Shown one piece after another: positions 1-9,693 of a stretch of DNA of 64,000 nt (position 1 is its first letter; the number at the start of each line of letters is the position of its first letter). Below the pieces are notes generated by a model. That model worked only from the letters and a program-made list of their open reading frames with translations, was not told the DNA's origin and ran no database searches. A program made the position numbers and the translations under genes. Source of the DNA: an uncultured Candidatus Saccharibacteria bacterium (GTDB lineage: Bacteria > Patescibacteriota > Saccharimonadia > Saccharimonadales > Saccharimonadaceae); the NCBI GenBank assembly GCA_937975975.1, contig CALJTR010000011.1, positions 21,767 through 85,766 of the forward strand, in the 5' to 3' direction.

Positions 1-167
1 GCCCGCCCGATGATTGCAACTGTTGGAAGTTTCGTTGCCATAATACGGTATATTATAACAGAGGTAATGGGAATGTGCGAGCATGAATAAGTTCTCTGAG
101 TTGGCGGGCCGAAGTCTTTTGAGTGGACGCTGCGAAAGTTTGGTGGTTTACCCGTCCATCTTAGGTG

Positions 168-689
168 TTAGTTCTTAATCCGTTCGGTGCGCACCTGCTC
201 CATCATTTTGATCGACTCCCTCGTCGCTTTGCTTAAATCGTCCATATGATTCAAGAAAAATGTTCGCGTTAGTTCGTACACATGCCACAGCTCCGCTTGT
301 TTCTCCGGCGTGTCAGCGGCTGGCAGGCAATATTTTGTGAGATGCTCGGCACTGAGTGACACATCATGTAATTGTTCGGTTGTTAGTATCGAATCATCAT
401 GCTCTAGGTAGTGCCTCATTTCGTCAAGCATTGTTGGCATCACGTTGTCGTGCCACTCGGCGATCCAATCAGTCATTGGCGGGTCGTCAAGCATGAGGGC
501 GAGGTATTCGCCGAGGTTTGTATTATATTCCGCCTCTTTTCGCGCGTCATGATGCCATATACTTGTGGATGCAAACATCAACGGCCGACCGCGATAGTCA
601 TATAATTCGCGCGGCTCTCCATAATAATATTTATTGGTTAAGTACCGTAATGAATCAACAAATGGTATAAGTTCGTGTGATTTGATCAT
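168..689 (-). CDS. hypothetical protein (173 aa), no recognisable motif
   Basis: Long ORF with codon usage typical of this window. No signature motif I can name. Confidence 0.4.
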   Translation of the reverse strand: MIKSHELIPFVDSLRYLTNKYYYGEPRELYDYRGRPLMFASTSIWHHDARKEAEYNTNLGEYLALMLDDPPMTDWIAEWHDNVMPTMLDEMRHYLEHDDSILTTEQLHDVSLSAEHLTKYCLPAADTPEKQAELWHVYELTRTFFLNHMDDLSKATRESIKMMEQVRTERIKN

Positions 690-722
690 AATAATAAATA
701 TAAATCATGTTAAATATACTAT

Positions 723-1430
723 TTATGATATATTTACCTTTCGCCATTCTCCTTGATTTATATCACCCAGCGCATAATTCCCGAAGTTCGTGCGGTGCAA
801 CCGGGTAACAGTGTAACCGAGCGCTGCAAATGTGCGGCGGATTTGCCGATTGCGTCCCTCGCTCATAGTGATGTGCCACTCGCGGCGGTTGTCGTCAAGG
901 CGCGTGAGTATGAGCTGGCTGCGCCCGTCGTCAAGATCTATGCCGAAGTCGCTGATCATTTGCTGGTGGAGCGGCTCAAGATCGCGGTCAAGGCGGACGC
1001 GATATTGCTTCGTCTTAGCGAATTTGGGGTGCGTCATACGGTACGCGAAGTCGCCGTCGTTGGTGAGAAGTAGTAATCCAGAACTATCTTTATCAAGGCG
1101 CCCGACGGGTTTAAGTGTGTGAAGTTTAGGTGGCAGCAACGAGTAAATTGTCGGCGCATTGCCTTGCGCGCGGCGCGAACAAACGTAGCCGACGGGTTTG
1201 TTGAATGCGATGTAGTGTAGCGCGGCAGGCTTACGGGAGACTGGTGCCCCTGCGACGTCAATGCTATCGCTTGGTGTAATACGTGTACCAAGCGTAGCGA
1301 GCGCATGATTAACCATGACGGTTTCGTTTTCAATTAAAACATCAGCCTCGCGGCGCGAGATACCGAGCTGCCGCGCGAGGAACTTATTGAGCCGTTCCGA
1401 TGACTTGCCGGTGTCGTGCAGAGTATTCAT
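723..1430 (-). CDS. rRNA pseudouridine synthase, RsuA/RluB family (S4 domain plus PseudoU synthase)
   Basis: N-terminal S4-like 'LNKFLARQLGISRREADVLI' and the catalytic motif 'GRLDKDSSGLLLLTNDGDF' typical of RsuA/RluB. Confidence 0.75.
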   Translation of the reverse strand: MNTLHDTGKSSERLNKFLARQLGISRREADVLIENETVMVNHALATLGTRITPSDSIDVAGAPVSRKPAALHYIAFNKPVGYVCSRRAQGNAPTIYSLLPPKLHTLKPVGRLDKDSSGLLLLTNDGDFAYRMTHPKFAKTKQYRVRLDRDLEPLHQQMISDFGIDLDDGRSQLILTRLDDNRREWHITMSEGRNRQIRRTFAALGYTVTRLHRTNFGNYALGDINQGEWRKVNIS

Positions 1431-1451
1431 GTTGTATAATTTGCCTGCGGA

Positions 1452-2975
1452 TTATAGCATAGATTGCGATGCTGGCGTATCTGCTCGGGCAGTTTCTTCA
1501 AATTCTAAGCCAGATCCGGATGTATTGCTGCTAGCGGTTGCGGGCGTAGGAATTTGCGCCGGTGGCGCAGAAGAAGCTGAGAGTGGTAGCGCAGCGGCTA
1601 AAGGAGGTGTTGTCTGGTTTGTGACAGGTTGCTTCGTGCTGCTACCTCCTTGTGCGGGTGTGGCTGTCTGTGGTGCGATTGGTGCTGTGGTGCGCTGCGA
1701 TATTGGTGTTGATTGTACTGTGTATGATGGTGACGTTGACGTAGTTGTTGGCGCTGATGTCGGCTGCTGCGGTGGAACGGGAGATGTTTGCGCTTGAGAT
1801 ACGGGTGGCGTTGATGGTTGAGGCTGGGGTGTGATTGGTGTTGGCGATGTTACTGGCTGCGGCGCATTAGCAGCTATCGCGCTTGGCAGTGTCGGCTCTT
1901 GTTTGAACGAGTCTGAGTCTGGGCGATCGGTAACAGCGGACAGATCAACGAGAGGAGTGTTGTCCGGTGCTGTAAATGCCGTTGGTATTGCTTCAGGTGC
2001 GGGGCTGGCTGTAGTGGTTGTTGACGGCGGCGAAACGGGTGGTGCGATTGGTGTCGGCTGTGGAGTGGGTGTTGATACAGACGCAGGCTGCGGCGCAGGA
2101 ATAGCATCAATTGTCTGCGTACCGGCGAGTTCTTGACTCATGCGTGCGGTGATGTCGACGATGTCTTTTGAATTATCGTGCTCAAGTGGCTGAATAATAT
2201 GCCCTGATGAACCTGGGCGCGGCGTTGAAAATGGCGCGACCGGCTGCGGTAATGTTGACGGTTGCGGTGCGGTTGTCGCGGACGCGATAGGCATGGCTAA
2301 GCTAGCAGAACTTACCGGGACTGGTGCTGTGACGGGCGTTGGTGTAGTTGTGGTTGTTGACGGCGGCGAAACGGGTGGTGCGATTGGTGTCGGTGTCGGC
2401 TGAGTAATGATGCGTGGTTGCGATGATTGCGGCGCAGCCGATGGATTTGGGCGCGTCGGCAACGTGATTGATGATGTTGTGCCAGGTCGCGGTGGCGTCA
2501 TGGTGACAGATGTTGATTCTGTCCGCTCAGGTGTACTTATATCATAGATGTCGTCATCGGTGTCTTCAGAAGACACGAGTGGCGCTGGTCCGCTTGCGGT
2601 CGACGAATTATCCTCAAGCACTTCATGTACGGTACGGACGACATCTTCAATACCGACCTGTGATTTAACAAGGTAGCGGTCGGCACCAAGTGCTAGTCCG
2701 CGCCGGCGCTGCTCTTCATTTGACAGCGCGGTCATCATGATTACCTTAACGTTTTTGGTTTCGGTGGTGCTGCGCAAAATGTCGAGCATATCAAAACCGC
2801 TAATCTTTGGCATCATCACATCGCTCACGATGAGATCGGGGCGCTCTTTGATCGCCAGTGCAAGCGCTTCTTCGCCGTCGCCAGCAGACACAATGTCATA
2901 CCCCTCGGCGCCGAGCCGAACGTTATAGATTTCGCGCAAGCTCTTGTCGTCTTCTACTAATAATATTTTTGTCAT
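1452..2975 (-). CDS. Response regulator, receiver domain only, with a ~380-aa Pro/Thr/Ser-rich low-complexity C-terminal tail
   Basis: N-terminus 'ILLVEDDKSLREIY...DLIVSDVMMPKISGFDML' is a CheY-like receiver carrying the conserved Asp and Lys. The remainder is PTPxxAPPVSPPSTTTT-type repeats. No DNA-binding or other output domain. Confidence 0.7.
   Translation of the reverse strand: MTKILLVEDDKSLREIYNVRLGAEGYDIVSAGDGEEALALAIKERPDLIVSDVMMPKISGFDMLDILRSTTETKNVKVIMMTALSNEEQRRRGLALGADRYLVKSQVGIEDVVRTVHEVLEDNSSTASGPAPLVSSEDTDDDIYDISTPERTESTSVTMTPPRPGTTSSITLPTRPNPSAAPQSSQPRIITQPTPTPIAPPVSPPSTTTTTPTPVTAPVPVSSASLAMPIASATTAPQPSTLPQPVAPFSTPRPGSSGHIIQPLEHDNSKDIVDITARMSQELAGTQTIDAIPAPQPASVSTPTPQPTPIAPPVSPPSTTTTASPAPEAIPTAFTAPDNTPLVDLSAVTDRPDSDSFKQEPTLPSAIAANAPQPVTSPTPITPQPQPSTPPVSQAQTSPVPPQQPTSAPTTTSTSPSYTVQSTPISQRTTAPIAPQTATPAQGGSSTKQPVTNQTTPPLAAALPLSASSAPPAQIPTPATASSNTSGSGLEFEETARADTPASQSML
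2014..2393. repeat. 44-bp perfect direct repeat inside the response-regulator tail
   Basis: The 44-bp sequence gtggttgttgacggcggcgaaacgggtggtgcgattggtgtcgg occurs at 2014-2057 and again at 2350-2393, 336 bp apart. It encodes PTPIAPPVSPPSTTTT. Confidence 0.8.
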
Positions 2976-3026
2976 CTTACCCCCTATTGTACCGATATTG
3001 TTGTAAAAAATCTATAGCGCTTACGG

Positions 3027-4928
3027 TTATTTTGGCGGATCGCGCGGCGGAACTGATAGCGAAACTTGCTGCCGAAGCTGTTTGATGTACTGTTCTGGAT
3101 TGGCTTCAATTGATGATAGCGGCGTATTGGTGTATGGGGTTTGTGCGTCCGGTGCGGTGGGTGGCGTGTCGATTGGCTGCGGCGTTGGTTCGGACGAGGA
3201 TTGCGCCGGCGTCGCTTGCATTGTATTTTGGGCTAGCGGCTGGTTTTGCTGCTGCGCTTTTGTGGCGGCAATTGATGCTTTGAGCGCGGATTCTTTGATT
3301 AAACGCTGCGCGGTTGCATTGTCGGCGCGCGGAATTGATACAAAAAATGTACTTCCCTTTTTATACTCGCTCTCAACCCATAAGCGCCCGCCGATCGTTT
3401 CGGCAAGCCGGCGGCATAAGTATAAACCGAGACCGGTGCCATTGATTTCGCGCGTGTCGGTGTTGTCGACGCGGTAGAATTTTTGGAATAAGTGCGCTTG
3501 GTCTTCGCGCGGAATGCCGATGCCGGTGTCGGACACGCTGATAGTGACTTGTTTATCATTGCCAGTGATATCGACAGCGACCGAGCCGGCAGGCGTGTAT
3601 TTAATAGCGTTTTCAATGAGATTTTGGACGATTTCACGCAAATGATCGTTATCAACATTAGCATAAAAGATCGGGCTGACTTGTTTGGTGCCATCTTCAT
3701 TTTCCTCGTTTTGTGTTGGCCGGTAAATGAGGTCAAGCCCTTTTTCGTCGGCGTGCGGTTTGAGTCCTTCGACGATGTCGCCGATGAACGGAATGACGTC
3801 AATGATGTGCGGGTCATTCTTCAGGCGGTGGTCGTCGGCTCTGCTAATATCAAGCAGGTCGGAGAATAGCCGCCCTAAATGTTGCGCCGACTCGTGTGCT
3901 TTTGTAATGTAGCCGCGCGCACGGTCGTCGACTGAAGCGGTTTGCGGGTTGAGTGCCAGCCCCAAATAGCCTTCAATGCTTGCGACGGGCGTGCGCATTT
4001 CGTGGCTGGCGGTGCTGACGAATTCGGCGCGCTGGCGCTCGTCGCGGCGTTCGGCGGTGATGTCGCGGAATACGACAATGACGCCGTCATGCGCATCGTC
4101 TGTGCCGATCGGGCTGACGGAAATGTACGCCAAAAATGATTTGCCAGACTGCGTTTGCACGCTTAATGTATCGTCTTTTGCCGGCTTGTTGTTGCTGAGC
4201 GCGATCATGACTGGATTGGTGCTGTCTGAAATGTCCGTGCCGGTTGACGTCTGTAATTTCAAAATGGTCTTGTAATTGAACCCGACGGCATCTTGCTCTC
4301 CCCAGCCGATCATTTGCTGTGCAGCGGGATTGATAAGCTTCACTGTTCCTTTGTCGTCGAGTGCGAGTACGCCGTCGCCGATTGCGTTAATGACAACCTC
4401 CGATGTACTCGCTGCCTTATCAAGTTTGGTGGCGAGCTCTTGATACGAGCGGTCTTTTGCGGCGTCGTGTGCGGCAGCGGATTGGCGCAGCCAAAACGGC
4501 AAGCCAGCGCAGAATGCGATCGCAAGCACGGCGATAATCGGCAGCGACTGCGCAACGGGCGTGCTTTCCATAATAACCTGCTGTGCGGCAAATGCGACGA
4601 CGAGCCCGCCGAAGAGCGCAATCATTTGCTTACCAAGTACGCCGGCAATCGGCGCAAACATGACGAGTAAACTCATAAACGGCGAACGAACGCCGCCTGT
4701 CGTCATGACAAGCGCAACCGCCATCACGCAGCAGAGCGCATAATTCAGCCAGCACGACACGGTAAGTTTATGGTACGGTGCGGCGAAATACGACGCTACG
4801 GCGACGATGAGCGCCATTGCCGCAAGAATGCCCGGTATAACCGGCACGAATAATCGTTCGCTCGCAGCATCTGATCCGGCGGCAAGAGACCACGCGCATA
4901 GCCCGACGATAGCGCCGCTTATAATCAT
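3027..4928 (-). CDS. Sensor histidine kinase (TM region, PAS, HisKA, HATPase_c) with a Gln/Pro/Thr-rich C-terminal tail
   Basis: H-box 'EFVSTASHEMRTPVASIEGYL'. ATPase motifs 'DTGIGIPREDQ' and 'GTGLGLYLCRRL'. Hydrophobic N-terminus. Lies directly upstream of the receiver gene on the same strand. Confidence 0.8.
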   Translation of the reverse strand: MIISGAIVGLCAWSLAAGSDAASERLFVPVIPGILAAMALIVAVASYFAAPYHKLTVSCWLNYALCCVMAVALVMTTGGVRSPFMSLLVMFAPIAGVLGKQMIALFGGLVVAFAAQQVIMESTPVAQSLPIIAVLAIAFCAGLPFWLRQSAAAHDAAKDRSYQELATKLDKAASTSEVVINAIGDGVLALDDKGTVKLINPAAQQMIGWGEQDAVGFNYKTILKLQTSTGTDISDSTNPVMIALSNNKPAKDDTLSVQTQSGKSFLAYISVSPIGTDDAHDGVIVVFRDITAERRDERQRAEFVSTASHEMRTPVASIEGYLGLALNPQTASVDDRARGYITKAHESAQHLGRLFSDLLDISRADDHRLKNDPHIIDVIPFIGDIVEGLKPHADEKGLDLIYRPTQNEENEDGTKQVSPIFYANVDNDHLREIVQNLIENAIKYTPAGSVAVDITGNDKQVTISVSDTGIGIPREDQAHLFQKFYRVDNTDTREINGTGLGLYLCRRLAETIGGRLWVESEYKKGSTFFVSIPRADNATAQRLIKESALKASIAATKAQQQNQPLAQNTMQATPAQSSSEPTPQPIDTPPTAPDAQTPYTNTPLSSIEANPEQYIKQLRQQVSLSVPPRDPPK

Positions 4929-5123
4929 AATCGCTTCGCTCAGCCGACGATGCCAAAACCGGTTGATAAATTGAGCCGTAGCGCCCCCTAATTTCGTTAG
5001 TGCTTATGTCTGCTTAGTAGTATATCGGGTTGTCTCGGAGGATTCAAGCACTGGATGCTCGTTGGCTTTATGCGAATCCCTGCGGTATAGCATAGGCGAA
5101 ATAATTTTTAGCTATTTTTAAGG

Positions 5124-5987
5124 TTGTCGGATATAATAAGAGATATGCGACAGATTTTCAAAACAACTCTTTTGATGACAGTGCTGACGGCGCTATTTAT
5201 GGCGGTCGGCTATATGATTGGCGGTCGGTCCGGCATGCTGCTGGCGCTTGGGGTTGCAGCGGTTTCGAACGTTGTGACGTATTTCTTTAGCGATTCAATC
5301 GTACTGAAGATGCAAGGCGCTCGGCCGCTTGGCGATCGGTATCCGCAGGTTGAGCGGATTGTGCAGCGGCTCGTTGCTCTTGATAACCTGCCAATGCCGA
5401 AGTTATATTATGTTGACACGCCGATTCCAAACGCTTTTGCAACAGGACGCTCGCCGAAGCATGCGGCAGTGGCGGTAACGTCGGGTATTATGGAGATTCT
5501 AGAAGACGACGAGCTTGAGGCGGTGTTAGCGCATGAGCTCGGACATGTGAAGAACCGCGATATGCTCGTGTCGACAGTTGTCGCAACGGTGGCGGGTGCA
5601 ATTAGCTATTTGGCGCAATTTGCATTTTTCTTTGGCGGCTCGGACGACGAGGACGCAAACCCGCTTGCGATGATTTTAATGGCGATACTGGCGCCGATTG
5701 CCGCGATGATGATTCAGATGGCGGTATCGCGCAGCCGCGAGTATCTAGCAGATGAACATAGCCACGATGTGCTTGGCACGGGCGAGCCGCTTGCACGAGC
5801 GCTCCGCAAGCTTGAAGATTGGAAATATTCGCAGCCGCCTATTGGTGCGTCGCCTGCGCAGGAAGCATCGGCACACCTCATGTTTGCGAATATGTTTTCA
5901 ATGCAAGGACTGGCGGCACTCTTTTCGACGCATCCGTCGACTGAGGATCGCGTTGAACGGCTGAAAGAACTTGACGAAGGCAACTAG
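5124..5987 (+). CDS. htpX: Zinc metalloprotease HtpX (M48 family)
   Basis: HEXXH motif 'HELGHVKNRD', N-terminal TM helices, and overall HtpX-like architecture. TTG start at 5124 or ATG at 5145. Confidence 0.8.
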   Translation: MSDIIRDMRQIFKTTLLMTVLTALFMAVGYMIGGRSGMLLALGVAAVSNVVTYFFSDSIVLKMQGARPLGDRYPQVERIVQRLVALDNLPMPKLYYVDTPIPNAFATGRSPKHAAVAVTSGIMEILEDDELEAVLAHELGHVKNRDMLVSTVVATVAGAISYLAQFAFFFGGSDDEDANPLAMILMAILAPIAAMMIQMAVSRSREYLADEHSHDVLGTGEPLARALRKLEDWKYSQPPIGASPAQEASAHLMFANMFSMQGLAALFSTHPSTEDRVERLKELDEGN

Positions 5988-6808
5988 TGGCGTGTAACGG
6001 CTGGCGGGATAGGATTGTTCACCGGTGGCTGCGTATTCCCTATCGCCTGTCGGTGCGGTACAAGCGGTTGCGGCGTCCGTTCGCGACGACGTACGTACTG
6101 ATCCATGGGCTCGCGGATACGGGTGCGCTGTGGCAGCCGCTACTTGCGCAATTGCCGAAACAGAGTAACTATATTGTGGTAGATTTGCTCGGGCATGGTG
6201 AATCACCGCAGCCGCATGACGAATCAATTTATCGCGCATCGGAACAGGCGCGGCATGTGCTTGCAACTTGTGTAGCAACGGGATTGTCTGGCCCGGTCGT
6301 ACTGATTGGACATTCGTTTGGCGCGTTAGTGGCGACGGAGTTTTCGCATATGTACCGCGGGATTGTACGGCAGGAGGTGCTCGTGTCGCCGCCGATTTAC
6401 CGCGATGAAACGGGTAGTCGGCGCGATTGGCTGCGTCAAGATAAATTATTGCGTAGCGTTTACCGCCAAGTATTGAAAACGCCCGACTTGGTAGTAGCAG
6501 GCTATGAGCTGGGCGACAGATTAGGCGCACTCGGTTTTTCGCGCACGCAGTTATCGAAAAACACGTTTGCGGGATTTGAGAATACGCTGCGAGCGGGTAT
6601 TATAAGCCAGCGGACGGGGCGACTATTGCGGCACATAACGATTCCGACAACAATCATCTACGGACGGCTTGACCCGCTATTAGTGGCACGCAACTTTACT
6701 GCCCTTGCACATACAAATTCATGTATTACCGTGCGTCCACTCTCAACTGGACACGCGATTCGCGAGCGCACGTTGCGTGAAATTGTGGCAGTAATACAAT
6801 CTCGCTAG
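5987..6808 (+). CDS. Alpha/beta-fold hydrolase
   Basis: 'VLIHGLADTG' oxyanion region and the nucleophile elbow 'GHSFGA'. Its start overlaps the htpX stop. Confidence 0.6.
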   Translation: MACNGWRDRIVHRWLRIPYRLSVRYKRLRRPFATTYVLIHGLADTGALWQPLLAQLPKQSNYIVVDLLGHGESPQPHDESIYRASEQARHVLATCVATGLSGPVVLIGHSFGALVATEFSHMYRGIVRQEVLVSPPIYRDETGSRRDWLRQDKLLRSVYRQVLKTPDLVVAGYELGDRLGALGFSRTQLSKNTFAGFENTLRAGIISQRTGRLLRHITIPTTIIYGRLDPLLVARNFTALAHTNSCITVRPLSTGHAIRERTLREIVAVIQSR

Positions 6809-6906
6809 CAATACATACGTGCGTTTGAAAGCGGTCCTCTTGGCTGAGCGGTGTTGCTGGTCTCTAGCTGTTACGGCTTACGATAAGTGGAGCCGCTATT
6901 TACCGC

Positions 6907-9693
6907 TTAATATCGCGGTGGCAATTCAATTGTGTAGTCTGTTGTGATGTTACCTGTCGTGTTGGAGATATAGTTTGCCGCCCAAAGGTATGCGTCGGCG
7001 CGCATGTTGATAATTTCGGCAGGGTCGTTGTAACCATCAACATCTCCCGCTCCGCGTCTGTCGCTGCCGAATGTCCGTCGCAATTGAAGCTCGCGCGCAA
7101 GCACGGGACCATTAATGCGCAGCTGCTGGTTGCATGTATTGGCATTGAGCCCGTTTGCATAATTAACGCCGCGCGCACGAATCGCCGTGAGGTTTGGCGT
7201 TTCGTCGACTTCGCATGTCGAGACGATGCCATCTTGCGTGTTGTTTTTGTTTGGCGTCGCCGCAAGCCACGCGTCCACCTGCGTGACATTATTTCGTATG
7301 ATGATGTTGCTTGCGACTATGACGAGCTGCGTGATATCGCTTGATTTATGGTAACTTGACGGAGCGTAGGTGATATTGCCGTCAATAATAACGGTTCCTG
7401 CGCTTTTGATGATAATTGATTTGCCTGCCCCTACTTCGCCGCTGATTTTTACGACGCGCGCTGTGGCGTTATAAACGCCGGATGCCATACCGCCAAGTGA
7501 AACATTACCGGCGTGATTGCGTACATTTGAGGTAAATTGTCCGCCAATGTTTGGTTGCGCCGGAATCGTTCCCCATTTTCCGTAGCCGCCGCCTGGTATG
7601 CCGGCGTTTGCAAACGATAAATTATTGCGGGTTGTTTCGGTTGAAGTGTTCGCGTTTGCTGCGCCCGCGCCGACGCCCGACAATCCGCCAGCTGATGCCG
7701 ACCGAATCACGCCGTTCTGCGGCGTCGTCATGCCGTATTCGCCCCAGCTGCCGAAGAGCTGTCCGCTGTCGGCGAGAGAGCTCATTGCGGTGATGATTGA
7801 CGATCGCGTGTATTGTGTGGCGGGTAGCCCGGTAACAACGCCGGAGTTTGATCCGACGCGAATACCATTACCCCAAACTTGTACGGATGGTTTTTTCGCA
7901 ATACGGTAACACTTTGGATATGCAACTCGGCGGTGCGTATCGCCGCCTGCACGTGTGCCCCAATTGTAATGGCGGATAGTCATGGTTCGACACACGAGAT
8001 CGCCGACTTGCGCGCCTGTCGTTTTCAGCTTTTCATTGTTCACTTGATTGCCGCCGCTACTTAATGCGGAGACAATAGCGCCTGCGAGCGTATTACAATC
8101 CGGCACATATGCGTGCAAGTCTGGATTGCCTTTCATCCATTCGCAGGCGTGAACAATTGAACCAAAATCAACTTCGGCGTAGCGCAGCGATCCGGAGCTC
8201 GTCTTGTTAAATATTTGATTAAAAATAGCTGTTACAGCACTCTCTCCGCCGGCTGATTGGATAACTGCGTTCGGGATTTTGAAGTCGTATGTGCCCCAAT
8301 CTACCCCAATATTACGCAAAACACCACCTTCGTTTTGGATGATACTCGGCGCATCGACTTGCGTGTCTTGATTGGTAGCGCCAATTGACGTGCTGCCGTC
8401 GCCGATTTTTGGAATGAGGTCAAAGGTTGATTTGACGACGAAGCAGGCTGGAACAGAGTTGTCCCACACATGATCTACAGAAGTGTTCCAATACCATGCA
8501 ACTTTTTGACATACATACCAGCCTATTTTGCTGCCATCACTTGGTATGCGCATGCCGAGACAATCATCGTCATAGCTGTATAGACTGAGCGCATCTGGTT
8601 TAATAAAAATGGTATCCCAACTGCGGTATTTTTGCCCCGAGCACTGTGTCTTGGCAGGAGGATCTGCACCTCGCCACACAACTATTTTTGTGTCGCTGCC
8701 ACAGCTGTTCCAGTTTTGGCGCTCACAATTTACAACCTCATGATAATTGCGGAAAAATGTGTTTTTGATATTTATTTTTAGCTCAAGTTCTTGTCTTCCG
8801 TATCCAGGTAATTCAACGTTGCGTAAGTTGCTCGAAAAGCGTGCGAGCTCACCTGAGCCTATTGTCGGCTGATCGGATGCATGGTTGATTGCACCCCATC
8901 CATCCGGCTGAGAATTCTTATAGTTTTTGTAAGATGTGTAGCCAGAACCAGATTTGGCTACAGCATACGTCTGTCCGTTAACATCCCATCCTTGCGGTTT
9001 GGCGCGCCGGCGCAGCCAGAAATTTGTGCCCTCAGTGTCGCAATTAACAGATTCTCCGCTATAGGTTTTTACGATATTTCCGAATTTTCGTGCCAAGCAG
9101 CTCGTCCCTCTGAATTTCACTCTTTCTGCGGGACCGCCAGGTTTAGCAACACCGTTAATATCAATTTCTAGCTCAAGCTGATCATTTGAGTTAATCCACC
9201 ACCATGCACCGTGTCCGCCACGATGGCCTCGATCAAAGAATATACTACCGTTAGAGTCTTTATGTCCATTCAAATTGAGTACGCGTACATTGCGTCCGCT
9301 CCCACCGATGGAAAATAATGAGTAGATGTGGGTGTCGCTTGAAAGCTGCGTGTTCCACGATCCGCGGATATTTGCACGCAGCTTAGTAGCATTCCATTCT
9401 ACCCAAATAGGATTATCTGGCGTCGATCCCGCCTCACTTAAATAGCTAGATCCTGGATTTGAGAGCCAGAACACAGCGCATGGGTACGGAATGAGTCTGC
9501 TGTCTCCACATGGATTACCACCCCAACTAGTTTCTTCTGCATGATTTCGACCCGAGCCCTTTCCGTTGCTACCTCGCCATGCACTTGCTGGTTGATGCGC
9601 GCATGCCGCCAGCACGAACACTACGCCTACCACCAATAAAATTGTCCGTGCAACATTTTTACCTAATATCTGGTTAAAATATGTACGTATCAC
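6907..9693 (-). CDS. Large secreted lipoprotein-like protein (928 aa), Trp/Cys-rich, with a C-terminal beta-helix-like region
   Basis: Signal peptide with lipobox 'VLAAC'. Many W, C, G and N residues. C-terminal repeats 'VVKISGEVGAGKSIIIKSAGTVIIDGNITY...NIIIRNNVTQVDAW' suggest a parallel beta-helix. GTG start overlaps the upstream stop (GTGA). Confidence 0.6.
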   Translation of the reverse strand: MIRTYFNQILGKNVARTILLVVGVVFVLAACAHQPASAWRGSNGKGSGRNHAEETSWGGNPCGDSRLIPYPCAVFWLSNPGSSYLSEAGSTPDNPIWVEWNATKLRANIRGSWNTQLSSDTHIYSLFSIGGSGRNVRVLNLNGHKDSNGSIFFDRGHRGGHGAWWWINSNDQLELEIDINGVAKPGGPAERVKFRGTSCLARKFGNIVKTYSGESVNCDTEGTNFWLRRRAKPQGWDVNGQTYAVAKSGSGYTSYKNYKNSQPDGWGAINHASDQPTIGSGELARFSSNLRNVELPGYGRQELELKINIKNTFFRNYHEVVNCERQNWNSCGSDTKIVVWRGADPPAKTQCSGQKYRSWDTIFIKPDALSLYSYDDDCLGMRIPSDGSKIGWYVCQKVAWYWNTSVDHVWDNSVPACFVVKSTFDLIPKIGDGSTSIGATNQDTQVDAPSIIQNEGGVLRNIGVDWGTYDFKIPNAVIQSAGGESAVTAIFNQIFNKTSSGSLRYAEVDFGSIVHACEWMKGNPDLHAYVPDCNTLAGAIVSALSSGGNQVNNEKLKTTGAQVGDLVCRTMTIRHYNWGTRAGGDTHRRVAYPKCYRIAKKPSVQVWGNGIRVGSNSGVVTGLPATQYTRSSIITAMSSLADSGQLFGSWGEYGMTTPQNGVIRSASAGGLSGVGAGAANANTSTETTRNNLSFANAGIPGGGYGKWGTIPAQPNIGGQFTSNVRNHAGNVSLGGMASGVYNATARVVKISGEVGAGKSIIIKSAGTVIIDGNITYAPSSYHKSSDITQLVIVASNIIIRNNVTQVDAWLAATPNKNNTQDGIVSTCEVDETPNLTAIRARGVNYANGLNANTCNQQLRINGPVLARELQLRRTFGSDRRGAGDVDGYNDPAEIINMRADAYLWAANYISNTTGNITTDYTIELPPRY

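Noticed and set aside
1315-2136. Plus-strand ORFs (160 aa, 101 aa, 78 aa) inside the response-regulator gene, and similar antisense ORFs inside the histidine kinase gene (3082-3477, 3492-3869 and others)
   Set aside because: They are antisense shadows of GC-rich, low-complexity coding sequence. Gly/Ala/Val/Cys-rich nonsense composition, no SD, and they overlap well-supported genes.
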